DNA from: Macrostomum hystrix
Lineage: Eukaryota; Animalia; Platyhelminthes
DNA: 64,000 nt
Assembly: GCA_950097015.1 (NCBI GenBank)
Contig: CATNEN010000009.1
Location: 1,488,001 to 1,552,000 of the forward strand
Reading direction: 5' to 3'
Below are positions 12,301 to 22,607 of the stretch, piece after piece; within the stretch, counting starts at the first letter, position 1, and every line of letters starts with the position of its first letter. The notes beneath the pieces are model-generated. The model saw only the letters and a program-made list of their open reading frames with translations, searched no databases and was not told the origin of the DNA. The position numbers and the translations under genes were made by a program.

Positions 12301-15140
12301 GCTGCCGCAGACGGACTGAGCCGCCTGCCCCTGGCGCAGAAGAAGGTGAGGATTTTGATGAATTCAAAACTCCCAACCCCCAGGATTAATCACTGGCCGA
12401 GCAGTTGAGCAGATCTGGCCGGGTCAGAGAGGATCCGGCAGGCAATATTTCAGAGGCAGCGGAGTGCAGGCCAGCCGCCAATGTTGCGTGACTCGGTCAG
12501 CCGGGGTTAGAGTAAAAAAAACTGATTGAAAAGAGAAAGAGGGAAGTGGAATGGACGGCCCGTGCTCATGTGTGCTCAGCGCTCTGGGGCTAATTTATGT
12601 TCGCCAACGTCAGCTGATCGAGTCTTCGAGAGCCCGGTGGGGGCGGCGGGGGGACTCGGTTTGATGTCTGGTTGAAGTCCTGACTGAGCTGAAGCAGATG
12701 AACTTTTAGGCGGCACCTCCGCCTGCTGCCCCACCCCAACCGCCCGGGGGCAAAGCGGGAGGCGCTAAAGCTGAGCGGATAATCCGATATCTGGGGAATG
12801 GGATCTGGGCTGACAGGTTGGGATCTGCCGGCCGCTGCCAGGTCGCGGGTGTCAGCAGCGGACGGGGCTGAAGGCTGTCGGCAGCGCAGGCAATAAAGGA
12901 AATGGAGCTGGCAAATATCTTTGAGCAGATGAAGCCAAGCTGTCAGAGCCAATTGACTTCTTTTAATAAGAAAACCAAATAAAAGCGAATAGAACACTCG
13001 ACATTCTTAGAAAACATCAACTGCACCTGAACCCATCAATTCGATGCGCACTACTTGCCAATTTCCACAGTAGCATGTTAGGCCTATTTCTTGATAAAAA
13101 AATCTTTGTAATTTTGTCGACAGATCCTTTACCTTAAAGTTGAAATTAGATTAGCAATTCATAAAAGCTAAACCCAGTCAGCAGTGAGCATAGACTAGCA
13201 ATCCACAGTGATTCCAGACATCAGTGAGCATAGATTAGCAATCCACAGTAATGCCAGTCACCAGTGAGCATAGATTAGCAATCCACAGTGATCCCAGTCA
13301 CCAGTGAGCATAGATTAGCAATCCACAGTGATCCCAGTCAGCATTGAGCATAGACTAGCAATCCACAGTGATTCCAGACATCAGTGAGCATAGACTAGCA
13401 ATCCACAGTGATCCCAGACATCAGTGAGCATAGACTAGCAATCCACAGTGATCCCAGACATCAGTGAGCATAGATTAGCAATCCACAGTGATTCCAGACA
13501 TCAGTGAGCAAAGATTAGCAATCCACAGTGATCCCAGTCACCAGTGATCATAGATTAGCAATCCACAGTGATCCCAGTCACCAGTGAGCATAGATTAGCA
13601 ATCCACAGTGATCCCAGTCACCAGTGATCATAGATTAGCAATCCAAAGTGATTCCAGACATCAGTGAGCATAGATTAGCAATCCACTGTGATCCCAGTCA
13701 CCAGTGAGCATAGATTAGCAATCCACAGTGATCCCAGTCACCAGTGATCATAGATTAGCAATCCACAGTGATCCCAGTCACCAGTGATCATAGATTAGCA
13801 ATCCAAAGTGATTCCAGACATCAGTGAGCATAGATTAGCAATCCACTGGGATCCCAGTCACCAGTGAGCATAGATTAGCAATCCACAGTGATCCCAGTCA
13901 GCAGTGAGCATAGATTAGCAATCCACAGTGATCCCAGTCACCAGTGATCATAGATTAGCAATCCACTGTGATCCCAGACATCATTGAGCATAGATTAGCA
14001 TTCCACAGTGATCCCAGACACCAGTGAGCATAGATTAGCAATCCACTGTGATCCCAGTCACCAGTGATCATAGATTAGCAATCCAAAGTGATTCCAGACA
14101 TCAGTGAGCATAGATTAGCAATCCACTGTGATCCCAGTCACCATTGATCATAGATTAGCAATCCACAGTGATTCCAGACATCATTGAGCATAGATTAGCA
14201 ATCCACAGTGATCCCAGTCACCAGTGATCATAGATTAGCAATCCAAAGTGATTCCAGACATCAGTGAGCATAGATTAGCAATCCACTGTGATCCCAGTCA
14301 CCAGTGAGCATAGATTAGCAATCCACAGTGATCCCAGTCAGCAGTGAGCATAGATTAGCAATCCACTGGGATCCCAGTCACCATTGATCATAGATTAGCA
14401 ATCCACTGTGATCCCAGACATCATTGAGCATAGATTAGCATTCCACAGTGATCCCAGACACCAGTGAGCATAGATTAGCAATCCACTGTGATCCCAGTCA
14501 CCAGTGATCATAGATTAGCAATCCAAAGTGATTCCAGACATCAGTGAGCATAGATTAGCAATCCACTGTGATCCCAGTCACCAGTGATCATAGATTAGCA
14601 ATCCACAGTGATTCCAGACATCATTGAGCATAGATTAGCATTCCACAGTGATCCCAGTCAGCAGTGAGCATAGATTAGCAATCCACTGTGATCCCAGACA
14701 CCAGTGAGCATAGATTAGCAATCCACAGTGATCCCAGACACCAGTGAGCATAGATTAGCAATCCACAGTGATCCCAGACACCAGTGAGCATAGATTAGCA
14801 ATCCACTGTGATCCCAGACATCAGTGAGCATAGATTAGCAATCCACTGGGATCCCAGACACCAGTGAGCATAGATTAGCAATCCACAGTGATCCCAGACA
14901 CCAGTGAGCATAGATTAGCAATCCACTGGGATCCCATCTCCACTTTGCATCCCGCAGGCGCTAGCCAAGTTCCTGTTCCTCAGTTACAGCTCATTGTACT
15001 GCAGCTGGCTGCTGAGGCACAAGCTGCCGAGGCCGCAGACTCAGCGGCACACCCAGACTAACATTCCGTGCGTGTGCCAGCTAGCCGAGACTCTGAACTT
15101 TGGCCAGGAGTGCCTGGCAGCCGATGACAATCCCGTCTGA
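3195..15140 (+). CDS. TMEM268: TMEM268 (C9orf91)-like transmembrane protein, about 383 aa: join(3195..3393,6097..6200,6457..6613,6838..6935,10806..10922,11786..11821,11909..11971,12151..12345,14958..15140)
   Basis: All introns are GT-AG with compatible phases (total 1152 nt). There are two hydrophobic segments (LLIGLSLGLWTAG; IGMFFIIAWLFFVAGLLVW). Blocks LINGSIVWLNKP, VNKLLLRRKMLLTVLD, VLYFDPEPCL and RHTQTNIPCVCQLAE align with recalled human TMEM268 LHNGQVLTVL, ANGALLRHRVLLGVTD, FVYFDLENCV and RHTNSPRIPCPCQLIE. The start codon is the least certain element. Confidence 0.85.
3410..3710. repeat. Minisatellite, 23/46 bp (CAGCTGTGCTCTTCCACGTCCTTGAGCTGTGGTATCCCAGATCCTT)
   Basis: Starts about 15 nt after the donor at 3394. 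Confidence 0.9.
5046..5575. repeat. Minisatellite, 16 bp (GGAGTGAGGTTGRTGT)
   Basis: About 33 copies. Confidence 0.92.
6097..6200 (+). CDS. TMEM268: TMEM268 exon 2 (LINGSIVWLNKPSIFCCSARIDPLSMPCELQQFQ)
   Basis: TTCCAG acceptor and GTAGGC donor. Absent from the ORF track but homologous and phase-compatible. Confidence 0.8.
6207..6412. repeat. Minisatellite, 16 bp (GAGTGAGGTGGCTGCA)
   Basis: Fills most of TMEM268 intron 2. Confidence 0.92.
6457..6613 (+). CDS. TMEM268: TMEM268 exon 3 (VSQSEYCEVVDLLRRDPKVR...first TM segment)
   Basis: TCGCAG acceptor, GTGAGT donor at 6614. Confidence 0.85.
6838..6935 (+). CDS. TMEM268: TMEM268 exon 4 (second TM segment)
   Basis: CTAG acceptor, GTGAGG donor at 6936; encodes GLRSDLGIGMFFIIAWLFFVAGLLVWKLLRTR. 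Confidence 0.85.
6951..8172. repeat. Array of 8-bp modules ACTCACTG/ACCCACTG/TAGCACTG (typically a 32-bp higher-order unit)
   Basis: Starts 15 nt after the donor at 6936. Confidence 0.95.
8570..9675. repeat. Minisatellite, 19 bp (AGAGAAGCATAGGTTAGGW)
   Basis: About 57 copies. Confidence 0.95.
10035..10786. repeat. Minisatellite, 21 bp (CTCATCTRTCTCACAGTCTGT)
   Basis: About 35 copies, ending about 20 nt before the acceptor at 10805. Confidence 0.95.
10806..10922 (+). CDS. TMEM268: TMEM268 exon 5 (MSGHSRRLNVHVNKLLLRRKMLLTVLDYEYLSCSCDILT)
   Basis: TTTCAG acceptor, 117 nt, phase 0/0, followed by the donor GTATCCTTT. Confidence 0.82.
10923..11785 (+). other. Candidate U12-type (minor spliceosome) GT-AG intron
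   Basis: 5' site GTATCCTTTG lies at the phase-required boundary. A branch-like TCCTTAAC is at 11731-11738 and the first AG downstream of it is 11784-11785. Confidence 0.75.
10964..11240. repeat. Minisatellite, 21 bp (CAGCATGCAGCTGTACACAAA / CAGCACTTGACTGTACACAAA) inside the candidate U12 intron
   Basis: About 13 copies. Confidence 0.93.
11786..11821 (+). CDS. TMEM268: TMEM268 exon 6, 36-nt microexon (VAVLYFDPEPCL)
   Basis: CATAG acceptor and GTGAGA donor; matches the conserved FVYFD block. Confidence 0.8.
11909..11971 (+). CDS. TMEM268: TMEM268 exon 7 (EHLTELFDRPELLAKARFSKK)
   Basis: CCCAG acceptor, GTAAAT donor, 63 nt. Confidence 0.75.
12005..12115. repeat. Short minisatellite, 22 bp (GACTGTCCACTGCCTCCTGACA)
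   Basis: About 5 copies in TMEM268 intron 7. Confidence 0.85.
12151..12345 (+). CDS. TMEM268: TMEM268 exon 8 (Pro/Ala-rich linker)
   Basis: CATCAG acceptor, GTGAGG donor, 195 nt open and GC-rich. Confidence 0.75.
13172..14935. repeat. Minisatellite, 40 bp (CAGTGAGCATAGATTAGCAATCCACAGTGATCCCAGTCAC)
   Basis: About 44 copies, ending about 20 nt before the acceptor at 14957. Confidence 0.96.
14958..15140 (+). CDS. TMEM268: TMEM268 last exon (ALAKFLFLSYSSLYCSWLLRHKLPRPQTQRHTQTNIPCVCQLAETLNFGQECLAADDNPV*)
   Basis: CCGCAG acceptor, conserved PCxCQL motif, TGA 15138-15140, AATAAA at 15428. Confidence 0.88.
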   Translation, partial: ALAKFLFLSYSSLYCSWLLRHKLPRPQTQRHTQTNIPCVCQLAETLNFGQECLAADDNPV

Positions 15141-15524
15141 GACTTCGCAGATCAGCATCTGATGATGTGGCTGGATCAATGGATTGACAAGTCCAACTGG
15201 GAAATGAGAAATAAGGACTGCCCCAAACCGCCTCGTCTCAGTCTCTCATTCACACAGAAATCCCATGTCTAACAGTCTCGCTGTCCTTGTCACTAGTCAG
15301 CTGTCGGACTCAGTCTTATGGTTTCTCATTAGCTGAAATTTGTCATTTGCATTTGCCGTTACTCGCATAATTGCTTCACCAGGCACTCGCCCTGGCTGCT
15401 TGGCTTGCTTGCGCAAAAAAAGTGCGTAATAAAAGTAAAATTGCACTTTTACCTCGGCTGCGACTTTGTTGGCAAGTTAAGCTTGATTCTTTGAGCGGCA
15501 GCCTGCCCATTATTTACTGTGGAT

Positions 15525-15970
15525 ATATTTCTCTAACAGGTGGCTTCGCTTGTCTAACAGGTGGCTTCTCTTGTCTAACAGGTAACTCTCTTATCTAACA
15601 GGTGGCTTCTCTTGTCTAACAGGCGGCTTCTCTTGTCTAACAGGTGGCTTCTCTTGTCTAACAGGTGGCTTCTCTTGTCTAACAGGTAACTCTCTTGTCT
15701 AACAGGTAGCTTCTCTTGTCTAACAGGTAGCTTCTCTTGTCTAACAGGTGGCTTCTCTTGTCTAACAGGTAGCTTCTCTTGTCTAACAGGCGGCTTCTCT
15801 TGTCTAACAGGTAACTCTCTTGTCTAACAGGTAACTCTCTTGTCTAACAGGTAACTCTCTTGTCTAACAGGTAACTCTCTTGTCTAACAGGTGGCTTCTC
15901 TTGTCTAACAGGCGGCTTCTCTTGTCTAACAGGTAACTATCTTGTCTAACAGTTGACTCTCTTGTCAAGC
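15525..15970. repeat. Minisatellite, 21 bp (TCTCTTGTCTAACAGGTRRCT)
   Basis: About 21 copies downstream of TMEM268. Confidence 0.93.
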
Positions 15971-17038
15971 AGTTTAACAGGTGATTAACTTGTTGAACAG
16001 GCTAATAGGTACCAGTCTTGTATTGCTGGTGATGTATTTGCCTAACACTTGATTCTCTAGTATAACATGTGACAATATGTCTAACAGCTGATCCCACGCG
16101 GAAGCTGTCACTCATTCAGCTCGTGTCTGAGGCACTGAACTTGGCATAAGCTTGCTGTCCATTGTCAGTTCTCAGGGCAAAATGGAATGCAGTTCTGCTG
16201 GGTTGTGCGGGTTGGCTGTGCGACGAACGACCGAAGCATTTTTATTGGCCCAAATTTTACCAGATTTTTCCGGAACGCCAAGCAAAACCGGCAGTACACT
16301 CGGCGGTATCTCGCGCTGCATCGCCAAAGTGCAGCATTGGCCATCGGCGATGCACAGAACTGACAATGGACAGCAAATTGAAAGTTCATTCATTATTAAT
16401 TATCTGATAATGAGGCGAGAGGCGGGCCGCGCGAACTCGGCTTGACGCAAGGCGCAACAAATTTTTATTTCGGCTTCTTTTTTTACTTGTTAATCAGAGA
16501 GAAAGCGACAGTGCTCAGGGCTGAGCAATCTCTGTGTGTGGGCTGGGAGAGGATCACACGCCTCCCACGTCCAAGCCGCGAGCTCTCAGCCAGCCACTGA
16601 GATGCGGATTGACTTGGCAGCAGTGACGAACCAACTGATCTTCTCTCCGCGCAGTACTTTCTGTGCGCCAGTCTTGCCAGCTTTTCTCTCGCACTTGCAC
16701 AACTGGCCTGCTCAGCAACTAAAGATTCGAGAGGGCGGCAGCGGAGGGGGGAGCGAGCAAAAGAAGGTCGCTGTGGCCTCTGCGGACCCGAGCTAGCGGT
16801 CTGGAAGTAGATATGACGGAGCGAGAGGGCCCGCTTTTACCTGGTCTTATTCACCTGGCAGCGCGTGGGGAGGCGGGTTTTGAGTAGCAAAGCTCAGACA
16901 GTCGCACACTTTGCCGCCTATGAGCACCGTTCGAGTGGCGAGTTTTGCAATCAAAGTCTCCTCTGGGGCTTGAGAGGACCACCAAAAAGCCAGTTGGGGC
17001 GCCCAAATCGGCAGGTGAGAGAAGCTCTAGCTCCTGAC

Positions 17039-17760
17039 ATGCTGGCAGAGCCGCCGCAGCGGCAGCAGCAGGCGCTGCACCGGGCGGTCGCCCAGGGCGA
17101 CGTCAACCGCGCCTCCGAGCTGCTCCGCCAGAGCCACGTTGACGTGAATAGCCGGGACTCGGAGAACCACAACATCACGCCCCTCATGCGGGCGGCCTGG
17201 GCCAACTCCGCCGAGATGATCCGCCTCCTGATCAAGGCGGGTGCTCGGCTGGGTGACACGGAGACCAAAGAGGGCGCCACCGCGCTGCACATCGCCGCAA
17301 GAGAGAACGCCTCCGCGGCCGTCGCAGCGCTGATCGACGCTCAGGCAAACGTCGATGCGCGCAATCGGGCGAGGCAGACACCGCTGATGCTGTGCGCTGC
17401 GCTGGGCCACCGGACCATCGGCCGACAGCTGCTGGAAGCTGGAGCGGATACTGACTTGCAGCGGGACAATGGCTACACGGCGATGCACCTGGCGGTTGAG
17501 CGAAATAACCTAGACTTTGTCCGCCTGCTGGTTGAATTCAATGCCCGGCTGGACCTGCCAGCCAACCGCCAGGTGGATTGTCACACGCCGTTCACATTGG
17601 CTGCCCGGCTGGGTCACGTGGAGATTCTGCGACTGCTGGCAGCGCGAGGAGCCGCCGATGCCGCTCAGCAGCGGTGCAGCCTGGGCACCGCCCTGCAGGT
17701 GGCCGTGCGCTTCGGACAGCATGAGGCAGCCGGCTTCATCAATGAGCTGCAGAAGGACAG
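17039..17760 (+). CDS. Ankyrin-repeat exon (about 7 repeats)
   Basis: Repeated TPLH-like motifs: [48 protein letters not shown]. Strong GC-rich codon usage. Confidence 0.93.
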
Positions 17761-20700
17761 GTGAAACTTTAAGAAGTTGCATCCATGGTTGTGAACATGT
17801 GTCGTTCAATTTTGCTTCATTCCATCTGCTTCTTTCGTTGCAAGGTCGCTTAATCTGTCTTTTGTTATGGCGTCGTTCCATCTGTGTGTAAAGTCGTTTC
17901 ATTGTGACGTCGTTTTATCTGTGTCTTTTGTGACGCCGTTCCATCTTTGTGTACTTCAATCGTTCAATCTTTATCTTTGAATCTTTATCTAGAGCTGTCC
18001 CATCTCTGTCTTTTGTGAAGTCGTTCAATCTGTGTCTTCTATGACGTCGTTTCATTGTGACGTCGTTCCATCTGTGTCTTTTGTGACGTCGTTTCATCTG
18101 TGTCTTCTATGACGTCGTTTCATTGTGACGTCGTTCCATCTATGTATTTTGTGACGTCGTTCCATCTGCGTCTTTTGTGACTTCGTTCCATCTGTTTCTT
18201 TTGTGACGTCGTTCCATGTGTGTCTTTTGTGACTTCGTTCCATCTGTTTCTTTTGTGACATCTGTTCACGGTTGGGCATATCTGTATCGGTGCTTTCCGC
18301 TGTCCTGCGCCAAATGCTTGTACTCAAGTTTTATTTTTCAATGGATCTCGATTTCATATTTTGACAAGTGAATAAGCCACAGCCCGAATCCACTGGCTCA
18401 TAAATTCGTACACTTGCAGGTTGCCGGAAATGGTGTCAAGTCGGGGCAGCACTCCGCGACAGGCGAGCTCAGCAACGGATTCGGACTCTGACTCTGAAGA
18501 GTCCGACACATCCGAGTACTCGGATTCATCTTCCGACTCAACAGGCGCCACGGCATCAGCCGATGGAACCCTGGCTTCCTCAGAGACAAATACAGAACCG
18601 ACGTCTCCCGCAGCATCTGGCCTAACTGTGACGCCTGAGGTTGTTAAGCCCGAATTGGCAGCTTCAGTGACAGCCTCTTTAGCAGCTTCAGCTGTGAGTT
18701 ATGCAGCAGCCTCAGCGGTGTCACCGGCGACATCCCGACGACGTAAGACTGGAATCGCCTGGCTGCACAGTCGACCGGCGACTCCAGAAGTTCTCGAGCA
18801 AAATCCACCATCAACACCAACATCCTCCCCGCCCCAGTCCACCCCATCGTCAACTCCAACAACTTCGCGGACGGCATCGATACCACGGACTCCCTCGAGT
18901 TCAAGGACCCCATCGACACCCTCAGCGCCGTCGACACCGTCCACACCTTCGCCAACAATTCGACCGCCGCTATTGCCGCGGCGAGCGGAGCATCTGCGCC
19001 CGACTTCACGAAGATCCGACGACGTGGCTGCACGCGGCGGGCTACTTGTGGGACTCGATCGGTGTCAGACCCCGACCCGGCAGCCTCAGTTGAACTCACC
19101 TAGAAGCTCCATTCGCGGCCTCAATCCGTTTCCAGCGGTGGCAGCGGCTGCAGCGGCTGCTGTCGGGGCTGTGTTTCCGCCAATTGCGGCACCGCGTGGG
19201 TTACAAAGGCCCTCAACACCCGATCTTCGGCGAGTTCAAAGCGTTCGTAATCATCAGAACCAACAACAACAGCAGCAGCAGCAACAGCAGCAGCAACAAC
19301 AGCAACAATTAGAGCAGTTGCAGCTGCAGCAGCAGCAGCAGCCTCTACAGCAGTTGCAGCAACAACAGCCGTTGCTTCAAATACAGCAGCAGCAGCAGCA
19401 GCAGTGGCTTCAGCTACACCGATCGTCTAGCAATCGTAGCAACGGCTCCTCCTCTGGCGAAGGTCCGCCGAGTGTGATCAGCACATTCAAGACGTGGAAG
19501 ATTAAGCGGAACGACCGGCCAATCGGCGCTGGCTCCTTCGGCACGGTCTACCGAGCCTTCACTGACAAGAACCAGTTCGTGGCGGTCAAAGTGGTGAAGC
19601 TTTCAGCCAGCACTAGCGCGGAGCAGCTTCAACAGGTCATCCGAAACGAGGAGAAAGGCGTACGCTTGCTCAGCCGGCTCAACCACCGCAACATCCTTAA
19701 GTTTCTGAAGACCGATCGCGATCATCAGGGCAACTTCTGCATCTTCACTGAGCTGCTTTCCGGGAACAGTCTAGCTGGGATTCTCGAGGAGTACGGAGTG
19801 TTCTCAGAGGACGGCATTGCCAACTTTACTAGACAGGTATGTTTGATTGGTCAGCACTGTCGTGTGGTAGGTACTGTCGTGTGGTAGGTACTGTCGTGTG
19901 GTAGGTACTGTTGTGTGGTACGTACTGTTGTGTGTTGGGTCGTAAGTACTGTTGTGTGGCAGGTAGTAGGTACTGTTGTGTGTTATGTACTGTTGCATGT
20001 TAGGTCGTAAGTAGTGTTAAGCGGTAGTCAATCAGTACCGTTGTGCTTTAGGTAGCAGGTACTGTTGTGTGGTTGGTGGTAGGTACTGTTGTGTGATTGG
20101 TGGTAGGTACTGTTGTGTGGTTGGTGGTAGGTACTGTTGTGTGATTGGTGGTAGGTACTGTTGTGTGGTAGGTGGTAGGTACTGTTGTGTGGTTGGTGGT
20201 AGGTACTGTTGTTTGGTTGGTGGTAGGTACTGTTGTGTAGTAGGTGGTAGGTACTGTTGTGTGGTTGGTCGCAGGTATTGTTGTGTGGCAGGTGGTGGGT
20301 ACTGTTTTGTGGTTGGTGGTAGGTACTGTTGTGTGGTAGGTGGTAGGTACTGTTGTGTGGTTGGTGGTAGGTACTGTTTTGTGGTTGGTGGTAGGTACTG
20401 TTGTGTGGTAGGTGGTAGGTACTGTTGTGTGGTTGGTGGTAGGTACTGTTTTGTGGTTGGTGGTAGGTACTGTTGTGTGGTAGGTGGTAGGTACTGTTGT
20501 GTGGTTGGTGGTAGGTACTGTTTTGTGGTTGGTGGTAGGTACTGTTGTGTGGTTGGTGGTAGGTACTGTTGTGTGGTAGGTGGTAGGTACTGTTGTGTGG
20601 TTGGTGGTAGGTACTGTCGTGTGGTTGGTGGTAGGTACTGTTGTGTGGTTGGTGGTAGGTACTGTCGTGTGGTTGTTGGTAGGTACTGTTGTGTGGTTGG

Positions 20701-21351
20701 TGGTAGGTACTGTTGTGTGGTTGGTCGCAGGTATTGTTGTGTGGCAGGTGGTGGGTACTGTTGTGTGGTTGGTGGTAGGTACTGTTGTGTGGTTGGTCGC
20801 AGGTATTGTTGTGTGATGGGTACTGCAGCACAGCCAGCTGCAGCAAGATACCGCCTCGACTCCCGCAGATCTGCAGTGCACTGGAATATCTCCACAGCCG
20901 CAATCCGCCCGTCCTTCACCGCGACCTCAAGTGCTCCAACGTGATGCTGACCAACGAAGGTGTCATCAAGCTGATTGACTTCGGCCTGGCCAAGGAGATT
21001 TTCGCCTCGGTGGCCGCCAATCCCACCGGCGTGATCGGCACCCCCTGCTTCATCCCGCCGGAGATTCTGGACGGTGGCAACTTCACGGACAAGTCGGACA
21101 TCTGGTCGCTGGGCTGCACGGTGTTCGAGATGGCCACAGGCGCGGCGCCCAACGCTGACAAAAAGAGCATCAACGCGGTGATGTTCGCAATCTGTCACAA
21201 GCCCATGCCGCGGCTGCCAACACGCATGTCCAAGCCGCTGCAGGCATTCTACAATGTCTGCGTGCAGAAGGCGCCCACAGCAAGACCCTCCGCCGCGGAG
21301 CTGTTAAACCATCCGTTGGTGAGAAGCACCGTCACCCACACCGCGGTGTGA
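17039..21351 (+). CDS. Ankyrin-repeat plus STE11/MAP3K-type Ser/Thr kinase, about 873 aa: join(17039..17760,18420..19836,20869..21351). Alternative reading: two genes, ANK 17039..17764 and kinase from ATG 18430
   Basis: Donor CAG|GTGAAA at 17760/17761 (phase 2) joined to acceptor TTGCAG|G at 18419/18420 gives AGG and continues in the kinase frame. The second intron splits the kinase at TRQ|ICSALEYLH. Confidence 0.7.
17790..18268. repeat. Degenerate minisatellite, about 26 bp (GTGACGTCGTTCCATCTGTGTCTTTT)
   Basis: Lies between the ANK donor and the kinase acceptor. Confidence 0.85.
18420..19836 (+). CDS. Kinase gene exon: Ser/Thr/Pro-rich linker, polyQ tract and kinase N-lobe ([13 protein letters not shown])
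   Basis: Open 472 codons; donor CAG|GTATGT at 19836/19837. Confidence 0.9.
19255..19405 (+). repeat. Coding CAA/CAG polyglutamine tract
   Basis: Encodes [49 protein letters not shown] within the kinase exon. Confidence 0.9.
19855..20818. repeat. Minisatellite, 17 bp then 24 bp (GGTACTGTTGTGTGGTTGGTGGTA), filling the kinase intron
   Basis: Starts about 18 nt after the donor at 19837. Confidence 0.95.
20869..21351 (+). CDS. Kinase C-lobe exon ([28 protein letters not shown]), STE11/MEKK/MAP3K19-like
   Basis: CCGCAG acceptor, canonical catalytic motifs, TGA 21349-21351, AATAAA near 22529. Confidence 0.93.
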   Translation: MCSALEYLHSRNPPVLHRDLKCSNVMLTNEGVIKLIDFGLAKEIFASVAANPTGVIGTPCFIPPEILDGGNFTDKSDIWSLGCTVFEMATGAAPNADKKSINAVMFAICHKPMPRLPTRMSKPLQAFYNVCVQKAPTARPSAAELLNHPLVRSTVTHTAV

Positions 21352-21611
21352 ACTGCCGACTCTCTCTAGAATTCAACATTGTGCCATAGACTATAAGTAT
21401 GTTCGACTTGCGCATTCCGGGCTGCTACATCGCGCGACTGTCCGGGAGCCTCTGAGCTCACGCTCAGTTATGTAGGCGCCTCATTTCGCCAATTCCGTTT
21501 CCTAGCTTTGAGCTTACCAATGAGCTTACCTGCCTCACCGGCTGCCGAAATCCAGCCCTGACAGCCGAGCCGCTGCAGGCTGCCTGCCTCCACTTCTTGA
21601 CTCCCTCTACC

Positions 21612-22103
21612 ACACTGTCTCCCCCTCTATCTTCCCCCTTGCGTCCCCTTTGTCTCCCCCTGTGACCCCTCTGTCTCCCCCTGTGTCCCCTCTCCCCAGT
21701 GTGTCCCCTCTGTCTCCCCCTCCCTATGTTCCCACTGTCTCGTACTCTAGCACACGGTCTCCCCTCTGTCTTCCTCCCTATCCACGTTTGTCTCCCCCTC
21801 TGTCTCCCCCTCTGTCTCCCCTCTGTCTCTCCCTCTGTCTCCTCTCTGTCTCCCCCTCTGTCTCCCCTCTGTCTCCCCTCTGTCTCCCCCTCTGTCTCCC
21901 CTCTGTCTCCCCTCTGTCTCCCCCTCTGTCTCCTCTCTGTCTCCTCTCTGTCTCCCCCTCTGTCTCCCCTCTGTCTCCCCTCTGTCTCCCCCTCTGTCTC
22001 CCCCTCTGTCTCCCCTCTGTCTCCCCTCTGTCTCCCCCTCTGTCTCCCCCCTCTGTCTCCCCCTCTGTCTCCCCTCTGTCTCCCCCTCTGTCTCCCCTCT
22101 GTC
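21612..22103. repeat. Pyrimidine-rich 11-12 bp repeat (CTCTGTCTCCC[C])
   Basis: Downstream of the kinase stop, probably 3' UTR or intergenic. Confidence 0.92.
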
Positions 22104-22607
22104 TAGCCGTTAGCAAGGCTGGCAGGGCAGGCAAGTATTACTGTAAAATGTTTCATAGCTCGCAGATGAACCAGGTCCTGAGGCCAGTCAAGCCGAGGGG
22201 GTTTACACTCGAGTTGAACTAACCGCAGGCGGTCTCCGAATATCCCTGCTGAGAATGGCGATTCCGTGTCCGCTGTGTACATTTCCCAGCCAATGGCCAT
22301 CCCCGCCTGACAACTAAGACCTGCTTCTGTTTGACCTCCATTGAATTTCCACACCTACATTATTTTCTCTGCTATTGATTTTGTCGTCCAGATTTTTTTA
22401 CTTTTGTTATTTTTCTCGCCTCTGCCACTAGCGGAATAGGACAGCGATATTCTTGTCTACTACTTCTAGTACTACTAGCCGCACTCTGTGATGTGACGTC
22501 TTGTTGTTTTTCTCTATACGGTAGATTTAATAAAATTTTATAGCAAAGCATTCGCCGCGCGATTCTGACTGGCGTTTAACACAACTGATAGTAGGCTGCT
22601 GAGCTCG

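Noticed and set aside
13172-14935. Regular 40-bp periodicity resembling a CRISPR array
   Set aside because: Pure tandem units without unique spacers, in a eukaryotic intron, with no cas genes.
16951-19099. Minus-strand ORFs over the ANK and kinase exons (likewise over RCC1 and DDR exons)
   Set aside because: Antisense shadows of GC-rich coding sequence, with no recognisable motifs.
20028-20944. Mucin-like or His-rich ORFs
   Set aside because: A 24-bp intronic repeat; the kinase domain is continuous only if this stretch is spliced out.
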